Positions 44,927 to 55,969 of a stretch of 64,000 nt of DNA are shown here, piece by piece. Made by a program: the position numbers and the translations under genes. The notes under the pieces are model-generated. The model was not told the DNA's origin, made no database searches, and saw only the letters and a list, made by a program, of their open reading frames with translations. The stretch comes from an uncultured Bacteroidales bacterium (GTDB taxonomy: Bacteria; Bacteroidota; Bacteroidia; Bacteroidales; Muribaculaceae), in contig CACZHT010000005.1 in NCBI GenBank assembly GCA_902781045.1, positions 19,085 to 83,084 of the forward strand, written 5' to 3'. Every line of letters begins with the position of its first letter. Position 1 is the first letter of the stretch.

Positions 44927-46237
44927 TCAGAGCAGCGCGGGAAGTTGGAAGAGCTTGATACCGTTTGACCCCTTGATGAGAATGTAACGGCCCTCGGGAC
45001 GCTGTTGTGTGATGGCTGCCTTGACCTCGTCCACATCATGGAACTTGCGATAGGGGCAGTCAATAGCACTGAACTCATCGCCCACCAGCCACACCTCGTC
45101 GAGGTGACAACGCTGCAGCCTTTCGACCACCTGACGGTGTTCGATGGCGGAACTCTCGCCCAGCTCGCGCATCTCGCCCAGGATGGCCATCTTGGGCGAC
45201 ACTTGCATCAACTCGAAGTTGTCGAGCGCAGCGGCCATCGAGGTGGGATTGGCGTTATAGGCGTCGACAATGAGGTGATTATGTTCTGTCTCAGTGAGCT
45301 GCGAACGGTTGTTTTGGGGCACATAGTTCTCTAGTGCATGACAAATCTGCTGGGGCGATACCCCAAAGTGCAACCCCACAGTCACTGCAGCCAGCGCGTT
45401 GTCCAGATTGTAACTGCCGATGAGGTGGGTCGCCACATTGTGCCATTCACAATCCGTGGTGCGCCAGCGCAGTCGCAAGAATGGGTCGCATGCCACAACC
45501 TGGCCGCACACACGCGCGTCCGTGTCGGTCACGTCTTGCGTGTAGCCCTCTGTGGCGGTGCCGGTGGGCAGGATGCCGCACAAATGGCGATTGTCACGGT
45601 TCACAAAGATGACACTGTCGGGGCGCGAGGCCAAGTTGGCATACAACTCACCCTTGGTGTGGATCACACCTTCAAACGACCCGAAGCCCTGTAGGTGGGC
45701 CTTGCCCACATTGGTGATGAGGCCACAGGTGGGCTCGGCCGTCTCGGCCAGTGTCTGGATGTCGCCAGGATGGCTGGCTCCCATCTCGACAACGGCTATC
45801 TCATGGTCGGCATTGAGGCGCAGCAGTGTCTTGGGCACGCCCACGTCGTTGTTGTAGTTTCCCTCGGTGGCCATGACATTATACTTCTGTTGCAGCACGG
45901 CGCTCACCAGCTCCTTTGTGGTGGTCTTGCCGTTGGTGCCGGTGATGCCAATGACAGGGATGTCAAACTGGCGGCGATGCTCACGAGCCAAGTCCTTGAA
46001 CGCTTGCAGCGTGTCGTCGACCAGAATCATGCGTGGGTCGGCGGCTTGGGCGTATAGCTGAGCGTCATCAATCAGGGCGTAGGCACAGCCCTTGTCCAGT
46101 GCTGATGAGGCAAAACGGTTGCCGTCAAAGGTCTCGCCCCGCAGGGCCACAAAGATGCTGCCTGCCGGGCAGTCGCGGCTGTCGGTAGTGATGACAGGAT
46201 GCGCACAGTAGAGGCGATATAGTTCCTTGATGTCCAT
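44927..46237 (-). CDS. murF: UDP-MurNAc-tripeptide D-Ala-D-Ala ligase
   Basis: TDSR, ALRGETFDGN, GITGTNGKTTTKE, NYNNDVGVP, EMGASH, DAYNANPTSM, LIKGSNG. Start set at MDIKELY. Confidence 0.95.
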   Translation of the reverse strand: MDIKELYRLYCAHPVITTDSRDCPAGSIFVALRGETFDGNRFASSALDKGCAYALIDDAQLYAQAADPRMILVDDTLQAFKDLAREHRRQFDIPVIGITGTNGKTTTKELVSAVLQQKYNVMATEGNYNNDVGVPKTLLRLNADHEIAVVEMGASHPGDIQTLAETAEPTCGLITNVGKAHLQGFGSFEGVIHTKGELYANLASRPDSVIFVNRDNRHLCGILPTGTATEGYTQDVTDTDARVCGQVVACDPFLRLRWRTTDCEWHNVATHLIGSYNLDNALAAVTVGLHFGVSPQQICHALENYVPQNNRSQLTETEHNHLIVDAYNANPTSMAAALDNFELMQVSPKMAILGEMRELGESSAIEHRQVVERLQRCHLDEVWLVGDEFSAIDCPYRKFHDVDEVKAAITQQRPEGRYILIKGSNGIKLFQLPALL

Positions 46238-46392
46238 GTTGCTTGCTATTTGACCGACAAAGTTACACATTTTTCTCCACCCGATGGCACTTAAATCCCA
46301 AAAACATGCCACAACTCAAAACTTCTTTGTAACTTTGCACGCACAATAACAAGAGGCAAGAAGATTGCTCTTACTTGATAATTTAGAAAAAG

Positions 46393-47391
46393 ATGACAAC
46401 CAAGCGAACCATAGCCATCGTGTGTGGTGGCGACTCGTCTGAGCACGAGGTGTCGCTGCGTTCGGCGCAGGGACTTTATTCTTTCTTTGACCATGTCCGG
46501 TATAACATCTACATCGTGTGGATGCGAGGCCTTGACTGGCATGCCAAGTTGTCCGATGGGACCACTGCACCCATCGACCGAAACGATTTCTCGTTTATGA
46601 CCGATGGTAAAAAGGTCACCTTCGACTATGCCTACATTACTATCCATGGCACACCCGGTGAGAACGGCATCTTGCAGGGCTACTTTGACCTGTTGCGAAT
46701 TCCTTATTCGACCTGCAATGTGCTGGTTGAGGCTCTGACTTTCGACAAGTTTGCTCTTGTCCGTTATATTCGTGCTTTCGGTGTACACACTGCCGAGAGT
46801 GTGCTTGTGCGTCGTGATGACGAGAGCCGTCTGTCGCCCGATGAGATCGAGACACGCTTGGGCATGCCATGCTTTGTCAAGCCTGTGGCCAACGGCTCGA
46901 GTTTCGGGGTGTCGAAAGTCAAGAGTGCCGATCAGCTGGAACAGGCTCTAGCCAAGGCCTTTGAGCAGGGCGATGATGTGATGATCGAGTCTTATCTAAA
47001 TGGAACAGAAGTCACCGTGGGCTGTTACAAGACCCGCGAGAAAACTGTTGTCTTCCCTGTCACAGAGGTGGTTACCGACAACGAGTTCTTTGACTATGAT
47101 GCTAAGTACAATGGCCAGGTTGATGAAATTACACCCGCACGCATCAGCGATGAGCTGACCCATCAGCTGCAAGAGCTCACCTCTCGCATCTATGGAATCA
47201 TGCACTGCAACGGCATCATACGCATCGACTATATCATCACAAAAAATGAGGATGGCAGTGACCGCATCAACCTGCTCGAGATCAACACCACGCCTGGTAT
47301 GACCGCCACCAGCTTCATTCCCCAGCAGGTGCGTGCAGCCGGCCTCGACATCAAGGATGTCCTCACCGAGATTGTCGAAAATCAGTTTTAG
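46393..47391 (+). CDS. ddl: D-alanine-D-alanine ligase
   Basis: GGDSSEHEVSLRSA, IHGTPGENG, KPVANGSSFGV, FDYDAKY, EINTTPGMT. Confidence 0.95.
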   Translation: MTTKRTIAIVCGGDSSEHEVSLRSAQGLYSFFDHVRYNIYIVWMRGLDWHAKLSDGTTAPIDRNDFSFMTDGKKVTFDYAYITIHGTPGENGILQGYFDLLRIPYSTCNVLVEALTFDKFALVRYIRAFGVHTAESVLVRRDDESRLSPDEIETRLGMPCFVKPVANGSSFGVSKVKSADQLEQALAKAFEQGDDVMIESYLNGTEVTVGCYKTREKTVVFPVTEVVTDNEFFDYDAKYNGQVDEITPARISDELTHQLQELTSRIYGIMHCNGIIRIDYIITKNEDGSDRINLLEINTTPGMTATSFIPQQVRAAGLDIKDVLTEIVENQF

Positions 47392-47497
47392 TCAAGTTCT
47401 CTCAGTACAGTAATCCGCTAATTGCGCGAATCCTATTGACTTCCCGAGTGTCGGGTTATGATATGATTTGCGCAATTAGCGGTTGTAATGCTGCATC

Positions 47498-49909
47498 TCA
47501 CACAATCTGGAAACGGGCAAACTTGAGCAACATTGTCTTGATGCCCACATCGCTGAAGTTGACCATGATTTTGGCATCGGCACCAGTCTGGTCGATGAGG
47601 GTGATGGTGCCCTGGCCAAACTTGGGATGCAGCACCGTCATGCCTTCGCTCAGCTCGTTGGCCGTGTGCAGAGTGAAGTTGCCCCCGGTTGCCACTGGAG
47701 GCGCTGTGGCTTTGCTCACGGGTTTGAATCCCGCTGGTGGAGTTGTTGTGCTGGTGGGCGAGAGGGTGGGGCGGCTCACAGGGCGTTCCTGCCGCTCGAT
47801 GGTTGGACTCTCGTCGGTCCAGTCGTTGACCTGCCACCGATCGGTCTCGTCATTCCAGCGTTTTCGCATCTGTCCGAACGATGGTGTGCCGCCGGCATTG
47901 CTGGTGGCTGTCATTTGCAGGTATTGCTGGTCGATGTCGCGCAAGAATTCAGACATTTTACTTGTTTGTGTCTCGCCATTGCGGTAACGAGAAGTGGCAT
48001 AGGTGATGACGCATGTGCGCATGGCGCGAGTGATGGCCACATAGAGCAGACGCCGTTCTTCTTCTATGTCATTTGGACTCAGTGGTATACCTCTTATTGT
48101 TAACGGGAAAAAATCTTTCTCAACACCCACAATGATGATATTTTTGAATTCCAGTCCCTTGGCGGCATGCACTGTCATCAGGGTGACACAGTCTCCATCG
48201 TTCTGGTCGGTATCCTGATCGGTGAGCAGCGACACTTCGGCCAGATAGTTGCCCAGCGTGTTGTCGGTGTTGCCTTCTTCCAACTGATTGTCCACAAAGT
48301 CATGGATGCCGTTCATCAGTTCGTTTAGGTTCTCCTGTCGGCTGATATTCTCCGGTGTCTTGTCGCCCATTAGGACGGCCATCAGCTGTGTGCGCTCGAT
48401 GATGGTTTTGGCCTGCGTATAGGCATCTGTGCCCTCCTGGGTCATGCGGATGAAGCCTCTGATAAGATCGGCGAAGTCGGTGAGGCGTTTGAGTGTTCCG
48501 CGGTTTACGCCTAGCTGAACCTCATCGGGGTGGCAGATGGCATGCCACATGCTCACGCCATGCTCCATGGCGCAGTGCTGAATCTTGCCCACAGTGGTGT
48601 CGCCGATGCCTCGCAGGGGGTAGTTGATGATGCGACGGATGGCCTCGTCGTCATCAGGATTGATAGACAGCCTGAAGTAGGCAACGGCATCCTTGATTTC
48701 CTTGCGCTGGTAGAACGACAGTCCGCCATATACCCTATAGGGGATGGCGTTGCGCACGTTGCCGTGCTTGTCACGTCGGCCGCCGTTGCTGAAGGCCTCT
48801 TCTAGCGCACGCGACTGGGCATTGGTGCGGTAGAGCACAGCAAAATCCTCATAGCGGTCTCCTTGTCGAGCCTTGATGGCGGCAATCTGGTTGGCCACAA
48901 CGTATGCTTCTTCATAGTCGCTGAAGCATTTAATGACAGGAATTTTGTCACCGATATCGTTTTTCGAGAAGATGTGCTTCTTAATTTGGTTCTTGTTTTT
49001 CTCTATCAGCGAGTTGGCCGCTTCAATGATGGTCTGTGTCGAACGGTAGTTGCGTTCCAGTTTATGGGTCACCAGGTCGGGGTAAAACTTCTTCATACCC
49101 AGTATGTTGGTGATATTGGCACCACGGAACGAGTAGATGCTCTGTGCGTCATCGCCCACCACACACAGCCGGTTCTGCTGCCGCGTGAGTTGCATCACAA
49201 TCATGTGCTGGGCAAAGTTGGTGTCTTGATACTCATCGACCAGGACATATTGGAACATCTGCTGGTATTTTTCGAGCACGTCGGGGCAATCGCGCAACAG
49301 AATGTTGGTGTAAAACAACAGGTCATCAAAGTCCATTGCTCCGGCGATGCGGCATCGCTCCCAGTACGCTTTATAAATAAGGTATGTCTCTGGACGACCG
49401 GCACGCTCGTCATCGTCGCGCAGACCCTTGTTGCGCTCATATTCGTCTGGCCCGAACAGAGCGTTTTTCATGTTGGAGATTTGTGACTGGATGACGGCGG
49501 GCTTGTAGACCTTGTCGTCAAGCTGCATGTCGCGCACAATGAGTTTGATGAGCGAGCGCGAGTCGGCTTGGTCATAGATGGTGAAGTCGTGGCGGAAACC
49601 GATGCGTTCGCTGTTGATGCGCAGCAGGCGGGCAAAGATGGAGTGGAACGTGCCCATCCACAGCTGTGAGGCCACATCTGCACCCACAAGTGCCTGGATG
49701 CGCTCGCGCATCTCGCGGGCGGCCTTGTTGGTGAACGTCAGAGCCATAATGCGGTAGGGTTTTAAACCCAGGTGCAGCAGATGCACAATCTTGTAGGTCA
49801 GCACGCGTGTTTTTCCCGATCCGGCACCGGCAATGACCAGTTGTGGTCCATCGCAGTAGAGCACGGCCTCGCGTTGTTGCTCATTGAGCTGTTCCAGATA
49901 TTTTTCCAC
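47498..49909 (-). CDS. pcrA: UvrD/PcrA-family ATP-dependent DNA helicase
   Basis: LNEQQ..AV, AGAGSGKT, TFTNKAA, VDEYQDTN, VGDDAQSIYSFRGA, LERNYRST, LMTVHAAKGLEF, EEERRLLYVAITRA, and Tudor-like tail HPKFGQG. GTG start chosen. Confidence 0.93.
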   Translation of the reverse strand: MEKYLEQLNEQQREAVLYCDGPQLVIAGAGSGKTRVLTYKIVHLLHLGLKPYRIMALTFTNKAAREMRERIQALVGADVASQLWMGTFHSIFARLLRINSERIGFRHDFTIYDQADSRSLIKLIVRDMQLDDKVYKPAVIQSQISNMKNALFGPDEYERNKGLRDDDERAGRPETYLIYKAYWERCRIAGAMDFDDLLFYTNILLRDCPDVLEKYQQMFQYVLVDEYQDTNFAQHMIVMQLTRQQNRLCVVGDDAQSIYSFRGANITNILGMKKFYPDLVTHKLERNYRSTQTIIEAANSLIEKNKNQIKKHIFSKNDIGDKIPVIKCFSDYEEAYVVANQIAAIKARQGDRYEDFAVLYRTNAQSRALEEAFSNGGRRDKHGNVRNAIPYRVYGGLSFYQRKEIKDAVAYFRLSINPDDDEAIRRIINYPLRGIGDTTVGKIQHCAMEHGVSMWHAICHPDEVQLGVNRGTLKRLTDFADLIRGFIRMTQEGTDAYTQAKTIIERTQLMAVLMGDKTPENISRQENLNELMNGIHDFVDNQLEEGNTDNTLGNYLAEVSLLTDQDTDQNDGDCVTLMTVHAAKGLEFKNIIIVGVEKDFFPLTIRGIPLSPNDIEEERRLLYVAITRAMRTCVITYATSRYRNGETQTSKMSEFLRDIDQQYLQMTATSNAGGTPSFGQMRKRWNDETDRWQVNDWTDESPTIERQERPVSRPTLSPTSTTTPPAGFKPVSKATAPPVATGGNFTLHTANELSEGMTVLHPKFGQGTITLIDQTGADAKIMVNFSDVGIKTMLLKFARFQIV

Positions 49910-50019
49910 TTTTCCTTTGCTTTTGGGCTGCAAATTTAACAATTCTCGGACATATAGCCAAATTTTGATTTGCCCACTAGACAAAATTGCACTACCTTTG
50001 CACCCACAATTAACGCATC

Positions 50020-51429
50020 ATGTCACGCAAGAAGAAAGAACTCCCCACGATTGAGAATTTCGAGATAACTGGTGTTGCGGCCGAGGGCAAGAGCCTCGGG
50101 CGCTGGGATGACCTGGTTGTTTTCGTTCCATTCGGTGCACCAGGCGACATCGTCGACTTGAAGATTACCCGCAAGAAACATAGCTTTGCCGAGGGACAGA
50201 TTGTCCGCATGGTAGCTCCCAGTCCGTTGCGCGTCGAGCCGTTCTGCCAGCACTTCGGCATCTGTGGTGGCTGCAAGTGGCAACACCTGCCATACGAGAG
50301 CCAGTTGCAGTACAAGCAACAGCAAGTGGTCGATGCCTTGCAGCGCATTGCCAAGGTCGAGCTGCCACCCATCAATCCCATCCTGGGGTCGACACAGACT
50401 TGTCACTACCGCAATAAGCTTGAATTCACTTTTAGCAACAAGTGCTGGCTCACCACCGAGCAGATGCGCAGTGGCGAGGTCTTCGATGACCGCAACGCGC
50501 TGGGATTCCACATCCCCGGCAGTTTCGACAAGGTGCTCGACATCAAGCACTGTTGGTTGCAGCCCGAGGTGAGCAACGAAATTCGCCTCTTCATCCGCGA
50601 CTATGCCATCGGGCGTGGCCACTCGTTCTACGACATTCGCAACAACCAGGGCTTGTTGCGAACCATCATGGTGCGCACGGCCAGCACGGGTGAGATTATG
50701 CTGGTCGTTGTCTTTGGCGAGGCCAATCAGGTGGCGATTGACGATGTGATGGATGCCATCAGAGGGCGATTCCCCCAGATCACAAGCCTGATGTATGTCA
50801 TCAACCTCAAGTGCAACGACTCAATAGCTGACCAGGACATCCTTTTGCACAGCGGCCGTGACTACATCGAGGAGGAGATGGAGGGACTGCGCTTCCGCGT
50901 CGGCCCGAAATCGTTCTACCAGACCAACTCGCTTCAAGCCTATGAACTCTACAAGGTGGCGCGTCGCATGGCGGCACTCACCGGCTCTGAGCTGGTCTAC
51001 GATTTGTACACAGGCACAGGCACCATCGCCAACTTTGTCGCGCGTCAAGCACGCCAGGTCATCGGCATTGAGTATGTGCCCGATGCGATTGAGGATGCCA
51101 AGTTGAACTCGCGTGTCAACGGCATCGACAATACCCTGTTCTATGCCGGCGACATGAAGGACGTGCTTACTGACCAGTTTGTGGCCGAGCATGGCCGTCC
51201 CGATGTGATGATTATCGACCCGCCACGTGCAGGCATGCATCCCGATGTGGTTGGTGTTATCCTTCAAGCCCAGCCCAGCCGCATCGTTTATGTCAGTTGC
51301 AATCCTGCCACCCAAGCACGCGACCTGGCCCTGCTCGACACCAAGTATCGCGTGGTCGAGATTCAGCCCGTCGACATGTTCCCCCACACCCACCATGTCG
51401 AGAACGTCGTTCTGCTGACAATCAGATGA
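50020..51429 (+). CDS. rlmD: 23S rRNA (uracil-5)-methyltransferase
   Basis: TRAM domain, C.HFGICGGC.WQH, YRNKLEF, SFYQTN, DLYTGTGTI, DPPRAG, YVSCNPAT.ARD, DMFPHTHHVE. Confidence 0.93.
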   Translation: MSRKKKELPTIENFEITGVAAEGKSLGRWDDLVVFVPFGAPGDIVDLKITRKKHSFAEGQIVRMVAPSPLRVEPFCQHFGICGGCKWQHLPYESQLQYKQQQVVDALQRIAKVELPPINPILGSTQTCHYRNKLEFTFSNKCWLTTEQMRSGEVFDDRNALGFHIPGSFDKVLDIKHCWLQPEVSNEIRLFIRDYAIGRGHSFYDIRNNQGLLRTIMVRTASTGEIMLVVVFGEANQVAIDDVMDAIRGRFPQITSLMYVINLKCNDSIADQDILLHSGRDYIEEEMEGLRFRVGPKSFYQTNSLQAYELYKVARRMAALTGSELVYDLYTGTGTIANFVARQARQVIGIEYVPDAIEDAKLNSRVNGIDNTLFYAGDMKDVLTDQFVAEHGRPDVMIIDPPRAGMHPDVVGVILQAQPSRIVYVSCNPATQARDLALLDTKYRVVEIQPVDMFPHTHHVENVVLLTIR

Positions 51430-51463
51430 AAAATTGCCACGACTGTGTCGTGGCAATTTTTCA
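51427..51463. terminator. Bidirectional terminator between rlmD and the M3 peptidase
   Basis: tgaaaaattgccacgac-tgt-gtcgtggcaatttttca, perfect 17-bp stem. Confidence 0.8.
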
Positions 51464-51466
51464 ATG

Positions 51467-53500
51467 CTAGTCTATTATCATTCCATCACGGCGGAGCAGG
51501 GCATCGATGCGCGGCGGTCGGCCTCGGAACTGCTCATAGAGCGTCATGGGCATGTCGCTGCTGCCACGAGACATCACACAGTCGTGCCACAACCGGGCTG
51601 TGGCGGGGTTAAAGATTCCGTCTTCCTGAAACTTGCTGAAGGCATCGGCATCGAGTATCTCGGCCCACTTGTAACCATAATAGCCCGCCGCATAGCCGCC
51701 CGAGAAGATGTGGCCAAACTGCGGCGACATCAGGCAACCATCGACTGGCTCAAAAGCTTGCACTGGGTGCATGGCATCGTACTCGAGTGCATCAATGGCA
51801 CCTTGATAGGGTGTGTCTAGTCCATGCCATGCCATGTCGAGCAAACCGAACGAGAGTTGGCGCATACAAGCGTAGCCGGCTCCATACTGCGATGCGGCGA
51901 TGATGCGGTCGATGAGCTCCTGGGGGATGGGCTCATTGGTCAAGTAGTGGCGGGCGAAACTGTCGAGAAAATCGCGCTGGGTGAGGAAATTCTCGTGGAA
52001 CTGCGAGGGCAGTTCGACAAAGTCACGGAAAACGTTAGTGCCAGAGGTCGACTCATATCGGCAACGAGACAGCAGGCAGTGGAGCCCATGTCCAAACTCA
52101 TGCAAGAACGTGCGCACCTCGCCGAAGGTGAGCAGCGATGGTTTGCTGGCAGTGGGACGTGTGAAGTTCATGGTCAGGGTCACCAGCGGACGCACGTCAT
52201 TGCCGGCCTGGTCACGGTACTGCTCGCGGAATGCGGTCATCCAGGCACCGCTCTGTTTGGTCTCGCGCGGAAAGAAATCGGTGTAGAGTGCGCCCATCCA
52301 CTCGCCCTGCTCGTTGGTCACGTCATAGACTTTGACCTCTGGATGAAACACTTGAGCTTCATTGTTGGGAGTGAAGTGCAGACCATAAAGCCGTGTGGCC
52401 AGACCCAGCACCCCATCAATGACACGGTTCAGCGGAAAGTAAGGCCGCAGTAGCTCATCGTTGATGCTAAATCGGCTGTCGCGTTCCTTATTGGCATAGT
52501 AGCTGTAGTCCCAGGGCTTGAGCTGGACAGGATGCCCCTCGGCCTTTGAGGCAAATAGAGTCAGTTGTTCGAGTTCGCGCTGCATGGCGGGCTGGTAGGC
52601 GTCGCGCAACTGGCTCAACATGCCGGTCACTGCCTGTGGAGTCTGTGCCATGGAGTTGGTCAACCGATAGTCTGCAAAGGTCTTGTAGCCCATGAGTTGG
52701 GCTAACTCGAGCCGAGCATTGGCAATGCGGTGGCATAGTTCCATGTTGCTGTATTCGCCGCTGGTACACTGCGTGCTATAGGCCATATAGAGCTTCTCGC
52801 GCAGGTCGCGGCGGTCTGAATGCTTCATGAAAGCCATGTAGCTGGGACCATGCAGTGTGAACAGATACTCGCCCTTGCGGCCATGTTCGCTGGCGGCATG
52901 AGTCGCGGCATCGATGGCACTTTCGGGCAGACCTGTCAGGTCATCAGCAGTTAGCCATAACTCAAAGGCGTTGGTGGCCTTGAGATGGTTTTGCTCAAAT
53001 TTGAGGCAGTCCTCGGTCAGTTGCTTGGTGAGCTCGCGGTAGCGGTCGCGTGCAGGCCCTTCGAGCGAAGCTCCACTGCGTACAAATGCGCGATAGGTCT
53101 TGTCGAGCAGCATCCAGTCTTCGCGGTCGTGTGCTGCACTGTCGAATGTGTCATGCACCTTCTTGACGCGCAGCCACAGGTCGCGGTTCAGCGTGATAGA
53201 AGCACTGTGCTCGGCCAGACGGGGAGCCACGCGTTGCGAGATGCTCATCAGCTGGTCATCGGCATGTGCCGAGAGCATAGGATAAAACACGCCCAGCACG
53301 CGGTTGAGCATTGCACCGCTGCGTTCAAGGGCTACGATAGTGTTGGCGAATGTCGGAGGCTCGGGATTGTGAGCGATGTGATCAATCTCAGCTTGACACT
53401 GTGCGATGCCCTGCTCAATGGCGGGCTCATACATGTCGGCCGTGATCTGCTGGAATGGCACGAGGCCATGAGGGGTGTCGAATGGTTGAGTAAAGAGCAT
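51467..53500 (-). CDS. dcp: M3-family metallopeptidase (peptidyl-dipeptidase Dcp-like)
   Basis: PTFANTI.ALE, DFFPRETKQSGAWM, HEFGH, DFVELPSQ, GGYAAGYYGYKWAEILDADAF. Confidence 0.9.
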   Translation of the reverse strand: MLFTQPFDTPHGLVPFQQITADMYEPAIEQGIAQCQAEIDHIAHNPEPPTFANTIVALERSGAMLNRVLGVFYPMLSAHADDQLMSISQRVAPRLAEHSASITLNRDLWLRVKKVHDTFDSAAHDREDWMLLDKTYRAFVRSGASLEGPARDRYRELTKQLTEDCLKFEQNHLKATNAFELWLTADDLTGLPESAIDAATHAASEHGRKGEYLFTLHGPSYMAFMKHSDRRDLREKLYMAYSTQCTSGEYSNMELCHRIANARLELAQLMGYKTFADYRLTNSMAQTPQAVTGMLSQLRDAYQPAMQRELEQLTLFASKAEGHPVQLKPWDYSYYANKERDSRFSINDELLRPYFPLNRVIDGVLGLATRLYGLHFTPNNEAQVFHPEVKVYDVTNEQGEWMGALYTDFFPRETKQSGAWMTAFREQYRDQAGNDVRPLVTLTMNFTRPTASKPSLLTFGEVRTFLHEFGHGLHCLLSRCRYESTSGTNVFRDFVELPSQFHENFLTQRDFLDSFARHYLTNEPIPQELIDRIIAASQYGAGYACMRQLSFGLLDMAWHGLDTPYQGAIDALEYDAMHPVQAFEPVDGCLMSPQFGHIFSGGYAAGYYGYKWAEILDADAFSKFQEDGIFNPATARLWHDCVMSRGSSDMPMTLYEQFRGRPPRIDALLRRDGMIID

Positions 53501-53572
53501 TTAGTTGTTGGTTGTGTGATTTTAGTTGTTTGTTGTGCTGTAAAACAAACTCGATGCTTGAGCCAGGTATGG

Positions 53573-55807
53573 TTACTCCACACTGCTTGAGGGCTGGATG
53601 GTGGCATCGATGACTAGGCGAATGTCTTGTTCGCTGAGGCCACGGGCTTGCAGGTGGGGCAAATCCTCTAGAATGGACTCTCGTAGGGTGGCGGCATTGT
53701 GGTCGGTCAGGGCCAAAGCTTGACGATAGTCGGCGATGGCATCGGCCACACGATGGTTGCACAGATGCACATGGCCGCGGTTGATGTGGTCAGACATCGT
53801 GGCCTTGCCACTGTCCATAATGCGGTTGTAGTAGTCCAGGCTGCGCTCGTCGTTGCCCAGCAAAAACGAACACCAAGCGATGGGCCGCCAGGCGCGGTGC
53901 TTGGACTCGTCCATTAGGTCGGCCTTGAAGTAGTATTGCAGTGCTTCGTCGGTACGGCCATTCTCAAGCAGGGCATGACCCATATTGAGCGTGTTGGACA
54001 CCTGTCCAGGCTTGATTTGGTCGATACGTTCATAGTATTCTAGTGCCTTGTCGGGCTTGTGGAGCACACGATAGCAACCGGCAATGTGTCGCAAAGTCCA
54101 CAAATCCTCGTCGTTGGCAAGCTCATAACGCTTGTATTGCTTGAGTGCCTCGCGGATGTTGCCCAACCGCTCGTGGGCGAAGCCGAGCTTCTGCAGCACG
54201 ATGGGGTCGGTGTGTTGCTGGACACCGAGTAACAAGGTGTAATAGTGTACAGCATCCTGGTCAAACTCGTTCTTAAGATAGAACTCGGCGATGAGCATCA
54301 ATGTCTCGGGCGCGTCGGTGTAGGCTGACAGGTAGGGCATGCCAGTGAAGTCCATGTCTGAGTCCATTGCGGGCAAGAATTCCCGCCGTCGAGAGAAGAG
54401 CTTGAAGAAGCGGTACAAATCCTGGACACATCGCGTGGCGATGGTGTCACGTTGCAGGTTGAGTTTCTCCACCACTTGCTCTGCTTTCATCTCGTCGAGC
54501 TGGTCCATCTGTTGTTGCGACTGAATGCGCATCAGCTGCCGCTGGCTCTCGGGGATGCCCCGCAGCGTCAAGCAGAAGGAGTAGCGGTCGCTGTTGCACA
54601 TGAATGGGGCACGGGCTACCATGTCGCGCAACAGGTGGTCGTCGTCGGCAAAGGACTCTTGCACCACCGAGTGGTCGCTGTGATAGGGCAGGAACCAGTT
54701 GCTGAGTGTGTGGAAAAACGGGAAAGTCTTCAGCCTTGAGAAAGTGCTGATGAACACATCATTGCCCTCTTGTTGCAGCTGGCTGAACTGCTCCATCTTG
54801 GATGCCACACCGTTGTCTTCGAGCATCTTTTGCCATTCGGGGTTGGCCTCAAGCACGTCCGGGTCAATCTCGGCGCGGCGGTTGCGCAGCTTGCTGATGA
54901 GTTCGGGGCTGGCCTTGATGATGTCGGGCATGATGTCCTGGGTCACTTGGCGAGTGACGCGGTCGGTGTTGCGGGTGCTGATAAGACGGTACATGACCAT
55001 GGCCACATCATCGGCAAAGGTTGAGACTTCAGTCATTGCGTTGATGTGGCTGCGCAGCACTCGTGACTGCTCAACGCGCCGGCGATAACTGTTCATCACC
55101 AGCAAGATGGAAATGATGGCACGCAGCTGCACCTGGGCGTCATTGCTGGCAGTGTAGGTGTCAATGAGCAGGATGAGCTTGGTCTCATCGTAGAATGTCA
55201 TCAGTCCCAAGAACAAGGCCATCACTGCTAGGCATCGCGCCGGCTGAGGCATGGTTTGATCGGCGATGAACTGTGCGATGATTTCTGCATCACCATGCGG
55301 GGTGGGAAATGTACTCCACACCTTATTAAAAATTGTGGTTTCGGCCTGCTCGCAGGTTTTCATCACCTGCAGCATGGCAGCACGGTCGCGCTGTGACTCT
55401 TCAACCGACCCAAGTAAAGTCAACTTGTTGACCTGCGTGCGGTACTCTGCCAGCAGGTGGCTCAGCGATGTGCCGGACAACTCGCGGCGGCGGGCATAGA
55501 TGACCTGGGGTGACTCACGTTCGAGCAACGCAATCACGCACTGGTCGGTGAGTGTGCCCAGCTGGCCGATGATGTGATTCAGCACATCATCGCGCTGTGG
55601 GTCAAGGATGCCCTGCGACAGGTAGCGCAGCATGAAGTCATAACTCATCTTGACCTGTTCAAGGCGTTCGCGAAGCGTGACTAGAGGTGTTTGTGCGGCT
55701 AGCTCGGACAGCAGCCTTATGGCTTGGTTGAGCTGCTGACTGTCAATGCAGTCAACAATCTGGTTGCGGCGTTTCTGTATCTCTTGTGGGCTCAATTCGT
55801 TGGGCAT
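53573..55807 (-). CDS. Large TPR-containing protein conserved in Bacteroidales
   Basis: Helical N-terminal region, EG.DVF.STF..LK.FPFF....NWF.P, C.SDRYSF, C-terminal TPR repeats. Confidence 0.75.
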   Translation of the reverse strand: MPNELSPQEIQKRRNQIVDCIDSQQLNQAIRLLSELAAQTPLVTLRERLEQVKMSYDFMLRYLSQGILDPQRDDVLNHIIGQLGTLTDQCVIALLERESPQVIYARRRELSGTSLSHLLAEYRTQVNKLTLLGSVEESQRDRAAMLQVMKTCEQAETTIFNKVWSTFPTPHGDAEIIAQFIADQTMPQPARCLAVMALFLGLMTFYDETKLILLIDTYTASNDAQVQLRAIISILLVMNSYRRRVEQSRVLRSHINAMTEVSTFADDVAMVMYRLISTRNTDRVTRQVTQDIMPDIIKASPELISKLRNRRAEIDPDVLEANPEWQKMLEDNGVASKMEQFSQLQQEGNDVFISTFSRLKTFPFFHTLSNWFLPYHSDHSVVQESFADDDHLLRDMVARAPFMCNSDRYSFCLTLRGIPESQRQLMRIQSQQQMDQLDEMKAEQVVEKLNLQRDTIATRCVQDLYRFFKLFSRRREFLPAMDSDMDFTGMPYLSAYTDAPETLMLIAEFYLKNEFDQDAVHYYTLLLGVQQHTDPIVLQKLGFAHERLGNIREALKQYKRYELANDEDLWTLRHIAGCYRVLHKPDKALEYYERIDQIKPGQVSNTLNMGHALLENGRTDEALQYYFKADLMDESKHRAWRPIAWCSFLLGNDERSLDYYNRIMDSGKATMSDHINRGHVHLCNHRVADAIADYRQALALTDHNAATLRESILEDLPHLQARGLSEQDIRLVIDATIQPSSSVE

Positions 55808-55855
55808 ATAATATAGTAGTTAGTTTTAGTGTTTGGTTCGAGAATACTCGAATGT

Positions 55856-55903
55856 CTAGAACCCGAAACTCGGAATTCGGGTCACGAAACTCGAAACTAA
55901 AAT
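55856..55903. repeat. Degenerate heptamer array with internal hairpin in a divergent intergenic region
   Basis: ctagaac-ccgaaac-tcggaat-tcgggtc-acgaaac-tcgaaac; acccgaa / ttcgggt stem. Confidence 0.55.
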
Positions 55904-55969
55904 GCAAAGTTACTGACATTTTTGCACACATGTCAAAAAATAGCAGTAATTTTGCCAAAAAAATGAACA